From: a virus
Length of the DNA stretch: 64,000 bases
Strand: one strand, 5' to 3'
IMG/VR virus record: IMGVR_UViG_3300033183_000354
Coordinates: 64,001-128,000 of that record
The notes below the pieces were generated by a model. It had not been told where the DNA came from and ran no database searches. It worked only from the letters and a program-made list of their open reading frames with translations. The position numbers and the translations under genes are program-made. Below are positions 1 to 7,449 of the stretch, piece by piece. How positions within the stretch are numbered: the first letter of the stretch is position 1; every line of letters starts with the position of its first letter.

Positions 1-67
1 AATAAAATTACTTTAGCTCAAGACTATATTAGTACCGTAAAAGACTATTGTAAAAGCGAGGACTAAA

Positions 68-376
68 ATGAAAAGCTTTAAGACATTTGCTGAAGAAAAA
101 GATTCTCGCTTGAAGTCGGCTGGTGTTTCTGGTTATAATAAACCAAAGCGTACGCCTGGCCATCCTGAGAAAAGTCATATCGTTGTCGCTAAAGATGGTA
201 ATAAAGTAAAGACTATTCGATTTGGGCAACAAGGCGCTGAAACTGCTGGAGATCCAAAAAAGGGAGAGTCAGCGCGTATGAAGGCAAAACGAAAGTCATT
301 TAAAGCTCGTCACGGTCGTAACATCGCAAAAGGTAAAATGTCAGCAGCCTACTGGGCGGATAAGGTAAAATGGTAA
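68..376 (+). CDS. Basic conserved phage protein, probable internal head protein
   Basis: SD (gagga); N-terminus MKSFKTFAEE resembles the T4 capsid targeting sequence; KTIRFGQQG...SAAYWADKVKW motif seen in T4-like phages. Confidence 0.6.
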   Translation: MKSFKTFAEEKDSRLKSAGVSGYNKPKRTPGHPEKSHIVVAKDGNKVKTIRFGQQGAETAGDPKKGESARMKAKRKSFKARHGRNIAKGKMSAAYWADKVKW

Positions 377-654
377 TGATTGAATCAACTAATACTCGCC
401 TCGATAGAATTGAAGAGAAGCTAGATAGACTGGCCGAAGCAATGATTGCGCTTGCTCGTGCTGAAGAAAAAATCGCGTCTCTGCATGAAAATCAAAACAA
501 TCATTTCGAAAGATTAAATCGATTCTCGGCGAAATTAGATGAGATTGAAAAGAAAGTAAACGATAATAATCGTACTGTACAACTTATACATAAATTATTC
601 TGGGTGGTTGTGGTATCGGCCGCCGGAGCTATAGCAACTAACTTATGGATGTAG
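370..654 (+). CDS. Coiled-coil protein with C-terminal TM helix
   Basis: Heptad pattern followed by hydrophobic LFWVVVVSAAGAIA. Confidence 0.6.
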   Translation: MVMIESTNTRLDRIEEKLDRLAEAMIALARAEEKIASLHENQNNHFERLNRFSAKLDEIEKKVNDNNRTVQLIHKLFWVVVVSAAGAIATNLWM

Positions 655-1787
655 AGGAACAAATGGATCCAGTAAACAAAAAAGAACTGAAAGGCACCCA
701 CGCCCAGAGAAAAGATAAAGACATTAATAACGATGGGAAAGTGGACAGAACAGATAAATATTTGCATGCTCGTCGTAAGGCTATTACTAAAAACATTAGT
801 AAAAAGAAAGACGAAACAGCAAGCATGAACCCAAAGCTTTCAATAAACAGAGAAAAAGGTAGTGAGATGGAACAGAAAGAGTCAACGATTCGCGAAAAGC
901 TGATGGCTGTTCTCGAAGGTGATCGCAGTAAACATTATAAAGGTGCTACTGCTCCTGAAGATATGGATAATAATCTAAAAGGTGCTGGCGCTAAAAAGAT
1001 GAAAGCAGATATTCAAGGTAATGCTGCTAATCCTGATCTCGAGAAGCAATCACATGACGATGCTGCAAAGGCTGGTCGCGTAACAAAGGATGCGAAGAAG
1101 CGTTCAAATGATAATCCAAAGGGCGATAAGAAGATCATTAATCCACCAGAAGATATCACTAAAAAGGGTCAAGGCGCATCTGAAGTAAAAGAATCCCGTG
1201 ATAAATTGGCTGGTATTAAAGCAGCTTATGCATCGATGTATGAAACAGTGTCTTCTGGTAACGCTCAGCATAACCTTGAAGATGATGAGAGAAAAGCCCA
1301 TGCTGATTATATGAAAAAGAAACACGGAGTTACTACAAAGTTTCATGGCTCTGATGAATTAAGTTATCATGGTCCTAAAGCAAATGTAAAGAAAGCTCTA
1401 GGAACCCATTATGGTGGGGACCACGATCACGCTAAAGAAGAACACCCTCATATTTTCAAAGAAGGTGTTATTGGTGATTTCCTTGCTAAAAGGGAGATAA
1501 AAACTTCTCTTAAAAAACAGCACGATTTTCATACTGATCGGATAAAGCATCATAATAATGAATCAGATAAGAAAGAGAAGGCTAAGAGTAAAGCTTTCCA
1601 GAGTTATCATAAAGATAAAGCTGATGCTCACAGAATAGCTAGAGATCATATAGCAAATGCATTAGCTGCTCATAACAAAGGAGACCATAAAGCTCGTAAT
1701 GCTCACATTGCAAATTGGAAAAGTCATACCAAAAAAAGTGAGATCGCGCGTGATCCATCTCAGGCGAGTTATGGGGCACGAGGGTAA
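645..1787 (+). CDS. Charged His/Lys-rich probable head core/internal protein
   Basis: 380 aa, highly charged; DINNDGKVD EF-hand-like loop; several x-x-E|G/S motifs resembling gp21 cleavage sites. Confidence 0.55.
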   Translation: MDVEEQMDPVNKKELKGTHAQRKDKDINNDGKVDRTDKYLHARRKAITKNISKKKDETASMNPKLSINREKGSEMEQKESTIREKLMAVLEGDRSKHYKGATAPEDMDNNLKGAGAKKMKADIQGNAANPDLEKQSHDDAAKAGRVTKDAKKRSNDNPKGDKKIINPPEDITKKGQGASEVKESRDKLAGIKAAYASMYETVSSGNAQHNLEDDERKAHADYMKKKHGVTTKFHGSDELSYHGPKANVKKALGTHYGGDHDHAKEEHPHIFKEGVIGDFLAKREIKTSLKKQHDFHTDRIKHHNNESDKKEKAKSKAFQSYHKDKADAHRIARDHIANALAAHNKGDHKARNAHIANWKSHTKKSEIARDPSQASYGARG

Positions 1788-1792
1788 GACAC

Positions 1793-1870
1793 ATGGCAAG
1801 CAGAATCAAACCAGTTAAAAACGGTGTACTTACCTCTCGCGGGTGGGTACACGAGCGTACGGGCGAATGA
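1793..1870 (+). pseudogene. Truncated 25-codon ORF (MASRIKPVKNGVLTSRGWVHERTGE*)
   Basis: GWVH..TGE resembles the start of a longer T4-like late protein as I recall it; stops abruptly at TGA 1868-1870. Confidence 0.4.
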
Positions 1871-1946
1871 CGGCTTGGAAAAATCATAGCGCAAAGGCTC
1901 GTATCCTTATTTCAAAGGGATAGAGACAAGTATAATAAATACCTAT

Positions 1947-2312
1947 ATGATGAACATTGAACTGACCGAAGATAATCTCTTCTTGTACGCCGCAAAGCAT
2001 TATTATAATCCTCAATTTTCTGATATCGAGGAGTTTTATGATGATTTGAAAAGGTTTAAATATATCAAGAGACTTGTAAATCGTTACTTAGAAAACGGTG
2101 AACTCGCTGAAAGACTTATATTAAATCACCTTATAGTAGTTTTTAATTCGTTTGGAGTTGAAGCAACTTTAAATATATTGGAACTAAAACTTGATGATAA
2201 ACATTGGTCAATCGTAAAACCATTTTTGATCTTCCTTAAATATATTCGAAATGATCAATATACTGGAATCTCGATGGACCAACAAGTTGTAGAAACTTTG
2301 AGGAAGATATAG
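1947..2312 (+). CDS. Conserved T4-like hypothetical protein
   Basis: YAAKHYYNPQ..EEFYDDLKRFKYIKRL..ERLILNH motif; late-promoter-like AATAAATA upstream. Confidence 0.75.
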   Translation: MMNIELTEDNLFLYAAKHYYNPQFSDIEEFYDDLKRFKYIKRLVNRYLENGELAERLILNHLIVVFNSFGVEATLNILELKLDDKHWSIVKPFLIFLKYIRNDQYTGISMDQQVVETLRKI

Positions 2313-2783
2313 ATGTCAAAGGGTAGAACTTTCGCGCAGACTTTAGGAAGAGCAATTAGTAGTGGTTCGATAACCAGTACTGGTTCAATTAGTGGTGCGG
2401 GTGGTGATGCTCAATATAGCGTCTCATCTGCAACTGCTGTAACTGTCAATACTAGTACGCCTACTGCAATATGTAGTACAAGTATTACAGTCACTGATAG
2501 ACCAATCTTACTCGTTGCGACTGGTGACGCAAATCCTAATCAAAGTGGCGGATGGCAATATTACCAAATTTATAGAGATTCTACTGCCATTGGTAAAAAG
2601 ATTATTAATGAAAATGGCGGCGGTACTTCTAAAAACTGTCCATGGGCGTTAACACATATAGATGCACCATCTGCAGGCACATATACGTATACTGTAAAAG
2701 CTTATCAAGGTTCTGGATCTATGACATATGGTGAAACAGGAGATGTGCAAGCGCCTACTATTACTGCAGTGGAAATTATATAA
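2313..2783 (+). CDS. Tail-fibre-tip-like beta protein, paralog 1
   Basis: Ser/Thr/Gly-rich; ends IDAPSAGTYTYTVK...ITAVEI. Confidence 0.6.
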   Translation: MSKGRTFAQTLGRAISSGSITSTGSISGAGGDAQYSVSSATAVTVNTSTPTAICSTSITVTDRPILLVATGDANPNQSGGWQYYQIYRDSTAIGKKIINENGGGTSKNCPWALTHIDAPSAGTYTYTVKAYQGSGSMTYGETGDVQAPTITAVEII

Positions 2784-3250
2784 TGTCAAGATCAAGGACA
2801 TTAGCTAAAAACTTTAGTAAAGCAATTGCGGCTGGCAATATTTCTTCTACAGGAACTATAGCAGCCGCCAGTAATGCTCAATATGGTGTATCATCTGCTA
2901 CAGCTATAACTGTTAATACTACTACTCCTACCACAATATGCAGTACAAGTATTACGGTTAGTAGTCGTCCCATATTAATAATAGCAACTGGCGATCAAAA
3001 TCCTAATCAAAATGGCGGATTCCACGCTTTAAGGTTATATCGTGATAGTACAGCAATTGGTAAATTAATATATAATGAAAATGAAGGATTCACTTCTAAA
3101 AATTGCCCATTTGCAATTTCAACTATTGATGAACCTACAGCTGGAACATATACATATTCTTTGAAAGCCTATCAAGGTTCTGGATCCATGACATACGGTG
3201 AAACAGGAGATGCGCAAGCACCTACGATCGTAGCAGTAGAAATTCTATGA
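2783..3250 (+). CDS. Tail-fibre-tip-like beta protein, paralog 2
   Basis: Full-length similarity to 2313..2783. Confidence 0.6.
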   Translation: MSRSRTLAKNFSKAIAAGNISSTGTIAAASNAQYGVSSATAITVNTTTPTTICSTSITVSSRPILIIATGDQNPNQNGGFHALRLYRDSTAIGKLIYNENEGFTSKNCPFAISTIDEPTAGTYTYSLKAYQGSGSMTYGETGDAQAPTIVAVEIL

Positions 3251-3257
3251 GGTTAAA

Positions 3258-3434
3258 ATGAGTTCAGTCGTTTCAAGAGCAATTACAAGACTACAGCCAA
3301 ATGCTGAATTTGTAATTCATGGTACAATTGATAGTGGATATACTATTGATTGGCATTCAGTAGATATTGATCAACCAAATGATTCTGATTTAAATGCCAG
3401 TATTATAGTAATTCAAACTGAGGATGAAGAATAA
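3258..3434 (+). CDS. Small XkdW-like fibre assembly chaperone (58 aa, not in ORF track)
   Basis: SD gaggt; MSSVVSRAITRLQPNAEFVIHG...IDWHSVDIDQP; AI..L.P.AEF.I...W...P pattern. Confidence 0.55.
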   Translation: MSSVVSRAITRLQPNAEFVIHGTIDSGYTIDWHSVDIDQPNDSDLNASIIVIQTEDEE

Positions 3435-3438
3435 TATA

Positions 3439-4026
3439 ATGGGATTATTAAAAAGAGCAGCAGATCTAACATACGCGTTTCGGTTCGTTCGCATGCTCGT
3501 TCTTGATTGGAAAGAATGGGATGCCTATAAACTAGGTATTATTGACGAAAACGGAAAACGAAAAAAAGAAGAGAAGCTAGATACAGATGAAAAAAAGTCT
3601 GCTTATACTCCTTTTATTAGGCTCTGCGCCAATATTAAAAGGCTGCTCAGCAAACTCCCGGGAGGAGGTAGCAAACTCGGGTCATTTGCCTCAGCTTTGT
3701 ATCTCATTAAGGAAAAATATTCCCTATCTGATAATAAGCTTAGAAAAATCCTGTCTGAAGCAGGATGTGACACATTAGATTTTTTGATCGAAGAAAATAA
3801 ATGGTTCGTACTAGAAGATAAACAACTTTCTCCGGGAATCTATCGTGTTTATAATCCTAAGCTACTTAATAGTTCATGTGAAGAGATGGTCTTCGCAAAG
3901 GATCAAGTTAGGGTTGAAGATAATGCTTATCCTATTGGTGATATCTTTGGGATTGATGTGTATAAAGCGACTCATGTGAATACGAATCAAAAGGTTTTCA
4001 TTACAGCTAGCGAGATTTACAAATGA
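3439..4026 (+). CDS. Conserved T4-like hypothetical protein
   Basis: MGLLKRAADLTYAFRF...AYKLGIIDENG motif; start moved to ATG 3439. Confidence 0.7.
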   Translation: MGLLKRAADLTYAFRFVRMLVLDWKEWDAYKLGIIDENGKRKKEEKLDTDEKKSAYTPFIRLCANIKRLLSKLPGGGSKLGSFASALYLIKEKYSLSDNKLRKILSEAGCDTLDFLIEENKWFVLEDKQLSPGIYRVYNPKLLNSSCEEMVFAKDQVRVEDNAYPIGDIFGIDVYKATHVNTNQKVFITASEIYK

Positions 4027-4832
4027 GATCAGAATGTATAGAAGAAGGGGTGAATGATCCCGCAATCTTTAAAGCTGTATTCCTCGCTGGTGGTCCTGGA
4101 TCTGGTAAATCATTTATCGTAGGTAAAACAGCACTTACTGCTCTTGGTATGAAAGTAATTAACTCGGATGATGCTTTTGAGCGTGGACTCAAGAATGCTG
4201 GTTTAGAGATGACTCCAGATAATATCTACTCACCAAAAGGTCAAGATATTCGTTCTCGCGCAAAAGCTCTTACAAAGAGTAAACAGCAAGGCTATATTGC
4301 TGGTCGTCTTGGAATGGTTATTGATGGAACAGGTAAAGATTATAATGAGATTATAAAACAAGCAACTGCTTTAAGAAAACTTGGTTATGATATAGCAATG
4401 ATTTTTGTTAATACCGACAAAGAAACCGCACTTAATCGTAATCGGATGAGAGCGCGTTCTCTTCCTGATACTGAAGTATCAAAGATGTGGAAAGATGTTC
4501 AAAAGAATTTGGGTAGGTTTCAGATCTTCTTTAAAAACTTTTTTATTATAGATAACTCTGAAGGTTCTGACTATAATAATCAAGTACTAGATGTTTATAG
4601 AAAAATGGCAGCTTGGACTAAAGTAACTCCTAAAAATAGAGCAGTTACTTCTTGGATGAAAGCACAAAAAATAAACGAGGAAATGACTACTACAGCGGCT
4701 ATTCCAAATCCTGCATTAACTGCTATGGGACCAAGAATTAAAACGATAAATGTAACTGATCGTCGTCGTAAGAAGGATAAAATCCCGGTTCTTTTAAAAC
4801 GATTTAGAAAATATATGGACGACAATGCTTAG
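4023..4832 (+). CDS. P-loop kinase, zeta-toxin/AAA_33-like
   Basis: AVFLAGGPGSGKS Walker A, INSDD, VIDGTG, ALNRNRMRAR lid. Confidence 0.75.
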   Translation: MRSECIEEGVNDPAIFKAVFLAGGPGSGKSFIVGKTALTALGMKVINSDDAFERGLKNAGLEMTPDNIYSPKGQDIRSRAKALTKSKQQGYIAGRLGMVIDGTGKDYNEIIKQATALRKLGYDIAMIFVNTDKETALNRNRMRARSLPDTEVSKMWKDVQKNLGRFQIFFKNFFIIDNSEGSDYNNQVLDVYRKMAAWTKVTPKNRAVTSWMKAQKINEEMTTTAAIPNPALTAMGPRIKTINVTDRRRKKDKIPVLLKRFRKYMDDNA

Positions 4833-5328
4833 AATTTATGTCCTCATCGTTGTTCTTGGTATCCTCGGCGGTGTAGGATATGGCGCTAAGTATTACTATG
4901 ATACTACACAGCAGACAATTGCTACACTCCGTGAAAATAATATAAAACTTGAAAGTGCAGTCGAAACTGCAGAAACAAGTCTTGCATTAGTACAAGATAG
5001 TATGCAAAAAATGTCTGAATTGAATACACAATTACAAGCAGATTTACAAAAGGCAGAAGCTTATGGTGATGAGCTTCGCGGTAAATTAAGTCGACTAAAT
5101 TTAGTTCAAGAGGCATTGAAAGATGCCGCACGATTAGAAGGAAAGATGAATGGCGCAACGGCAAAACTTTGGCGTGGCTTCATGGCTGATACTGGTAACC
5201 CTAATGAGTACGATCTTCCTGAGTGGTTGCAGCCGTTACCAACCAGAACCGGAGATCAAAGTGGTGACCAAAGTGGAACGAGTCCAGATACCGACGGTGT
5301 CGAGACCGAAACCGCTCCAGCTGAATGA
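4825..5328 (+). CDS. Inner-membrane spanin (Rz-like)
   Basis: N-terminal TM plus long coiled coil; overlapped by a lipoprotein ORF. Confidence 0.75.
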   Translation: MLRIYVLIVVLGILGGVGYGAKYYYDTTQQTIATLRENNIKLESAVETAETSLALVQDSMQKMSELNTQLQADLQKAEAYGDELRGKLSRLNLVQEALKDAARLEGKMNGATAKLWRGFMADTGNPNEYDLPEWLQPLPTRTGDQSGDQSGTSPDTDGVETETAPAE

Positions 5329-5578
5329 TACCCGTGTATTTGTAGTCAACGAAGAAAACTTTGATGCATTCGTAGAAGAATTCAAGTCTATCTATGGTGA
5401 AGTAGCTTTTGTTGCTTTGTCAATGCAAGACTACGAGAACCTTGCGTTAAACGTCGCAGATCTAAGAAGATATATTAATCAACAAACTGAGATTATAGTT
5501 TACTATGAAAAGGCAGTGACTGAAGAGCCAAAAGAGGAGAAAGCTCAAGATGGAACTGAACTTGGAGAAAGCCAATAA
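5150..5578 (+). CDS. Outer-membrane lipoprotein spanin (Rz1-like)
   Basis: Signal peptide with lipobox LSGC, Pro-rich mature N-terminus, out-of-frame overlap with the i-spanin. Confidence 0.75.
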   Translation: MAQRQNFGVASWLILVTLMSTIFLSGCSRYQPEPEIKVVTKVERVQIPTVSRPKPLQLNDTRVFVVNEENFDAFVEEFKSIYGEVAFVALSMQDYENLALNVADLRRYINQQTEIIVYYEKAVTEEPKEEKAQDGTELGESQ

Positions 5579-6266
5579 ATTTGCCAAAATGGCGTCTATT
5601 GCCTATCAAAGTCTAGAAGCTAAAATTTCATATGCAGGATTAGGATACGAAGATTCTATCTATCTAGATAGAGATGGTGCACAATGCCATCTCGTTTGGA
5701 AAGATGACGAAATGGTTGTGTGTTTTAGGGGTACTCAACCAGAAGAATTATCAGATGTTCTTGCAGACTTAAATGCACTTCCTAAAAAGAGTATGACAGA
5801 TGGTTGGGTTCACCGCGGATTTCGTGGAGAACTTGATAAACTTTGGCCAGAAGTAAAAGAATTTATTGAGAAGAATCCTGAAAAATCTCTCTTCATTTGT
5901 GGACATTCACTTGGTGCTGCAATGGCAACCATCTGTACATCTCGTATTGAAGAATTTAGAGATGTTGAAGAACTATACACATACGGATCTCCTCGTGCTG
6001 GGACTCGGTCGTTTGTAAAAGCAATCAGAACAACACACTGGAGGTTTGTAAACAATAATGATATCGTTACAAGAGTTCCTTTGGCTCTCATGGGGTACAA
6101 ACATCATGGCCAGCTTTGTTATATTAACCATTATGGCAAAATTCGGAAAATGACCGTATGGCAAAGGATTAAAGATAAATTTAGAGGATATAGAGACGGA
6201 TTACTTGACGGAGCACAAGACCACTCCATGACAAATTATGTTAATTACACAATTTCGGAGGGTTAA
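5550..6266 (+). CDS. Class 3 lipase (alpha/beta hydrolase)
   Basis: FRGT, VHRGF, GHSLGAA nucleophile, YGSPR, NNNDIVTRVP, C-terminal DH. Confidence 0.9.
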   Translation: MELNLEKANKFAKMASIAYQSLEAKISYAGLGYEDSIYLDRDGAQCHLVWKDDEMVVCFRGTQPEELSDVLADLNALPKKSMTDGWVHRGFRGELDKLWPEVKEFIEKNPEKSLFICGHSLGAAMATICTSRIEEFRDVEELYTYGSPRAGTRSFVKAIRTTHWRFVNNNDIVTRVPLALMGYKHHGQLCYINHYGKIRKMTVWQRIKDKFRGYRDGLLDGAQDHSMTNYVNYTISEG

Positions 6267-6737
6267 ATGCAACAGAACGAATACGACGTACACGTCATCA
6301 AAGTCGTGGACGGAGATACTGTAGACGTAGATATTGATCTTGGTTTTGGTATCTGTCTCAAAGACGAAAGAGTACGGATTATGGGTATTGATACACCTGA
6401 GTCTCGTACATCTGATAAAGTTGAAAAACTATTTGGACTTGCAGCAAAGATTAGGCTTTACGAATTACTTGAAAAGAATGCTAAACTTATCACCACCGAA
6501 GATAAGTCTGGTGAAGATATGAAGGGTAAGTTTGGTCGTATCCTTGGTGATTTTAGAGCTGCTGATGGCAGATTAGTCACCGAGATCCTTATCGAAGAAG
6601 GACACTGTGTACCTTATCATGGTGAAAGTAAGGATGATGTTCAAGCCCAACATATGGCTAACAGAGAAAGATTGTTAGCTGAAGGCGTCGTATCTCGTGA
6701 AGAGTATGATGCTGCAGTTAAAGAAATGGAGGACTAA
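6267..6737 (+). CDS. Thermonuclease (SNase-like)
   Basis: VVDGDTVDVDIDLGF, RIMGIDTPESR, GKFGRILG. Confidence 0.9.
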   Translation: MQQNEYDVHVIKVVDGDTVDVDIDLGFGICLKDERVRIMGIDTPESRTSDKVEKLFGLAAKIRLYELLEKNAKLITTEDKSGEDMKGKFGRILGDFRAADGRLVTEILIEEGHCVPYHGESKDDVQAQHMANRERLLAEGVVSREEYDAAVKEMED

Positions 6738-6902
6738 ATGATTAAAAGATGGATTAATGCAAGGATGAGAGAACGCACTACCCTTGATGGCGCTCTTCTT
6801 GTTGCTCTAGGGTTTATGGTATTATTCTTAGCACCACTTGCAAAGATTGCTGCTGGTATTGCAATTGCCTACGGTGCCTGGACAATCTGGAAGTCAGAAT
6901 AA
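6738..6902 (+). CDS. Small 2-TM membrane protein, holin candidate (54 aa, not in ORF track)
   Basis: SD ggagg; MIKRWINARMRERTTLDGALLVALGFMVLFLAPLAKIAAGIAIAYGAWTIWKSE. Confidence 0.55.
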   Translation: MIKRWINARMRERTTLDGALLVALGFMVLFLAPLAKIAAGIAIAYGAWTIWKSE

Positions 6903-7183
6903 TGATCGAGAGAATGTTTGCAGATACATTATGGATATATACAGCTATAGCCGGTTCTCTGTTAGGCGCAGCATTTCTTGCTTACTTTAAAGACACGAGA
7001 GCCGGCTTATGGTGTTATGCTAAGTTAGACCAGACACTTGATTATCTAGTTGAGAGATGGGGATGGACTTGGTTTGAACAACCTACAGACGCATGGAGAA
7101 AGAAGTATCCATACGTCACAAAGAAAATTGATGAACTTGAAAAACGAATTGAGGAATTAGAAAATGAGAGAAAAATTGATTAA
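6902..7183 (+). CDS. Membrane protein
   Basis: N-terminal TM, coupled TAATG junction. Confidence 0.6.
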   Translation: MIERMFADTLWIYTAIAGSLLGAAFLAYFKDTRAGLWCYAKLDQTLDYLVERWGWTWFEQPTDAWRKKYPYVTKKIDELEKRIEELENERKID

Positions 7184-7364
7184 AGCATTTATTAGTCATG
7201 CACAAGGACATATCGATAAGCATGTCGCAAACGTAGAAGTATATCTTGCCAATCCTGCTGGTATTGGCGAGCACTCCGATATTATGGAAGCAATCGAGAT
7301 TGAAATGAAGCAGATTGCAGATTATGATGATCAATTAGAAATGATGAAAAAATATTTCTCATAA
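7164..7364 (+). CDS. Conserved small hypothetical protein
   Basis: KHVANVEVYLANPAGIGEHSD motif, SD gagga. Confidence 0.7.
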   Translation: MREKLIKAFISHAQGHIDKHVANVEVYLANPAGIGEHSDIMEAIEIEMKQIADYDDQLEMMKKYFS

Positions 7365-7381
7365 TATTTGTTAAAATACGG

Positions 7382-7410
7382 TTTACAAGAACCGCGTTTT
7401 GATATATAAT
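7382..7410 (+). promoter_or_regulatory. Sigma70-type early/middle promoter of nrdJ
   Basis: TTTACA-17 bp-TATAAT. Confidence 0.75.
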
Positions 7411-7449
7411 ACTATCATATAAAAAAATCATGTCAAAAGAGGTAGTAGA

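Noticed and set aside
1868-1870. Genome-wide stop-codon reassignment
   Set aside because: TGA, TAG and TAA all end well-defined genes elsewhere; no suppressor tRNA seen
2313-3250. Diversity-generating retroelement TR/VR pair
   Set aside because: Differences are not adenine-specific and no reverse transcriptase is in the window
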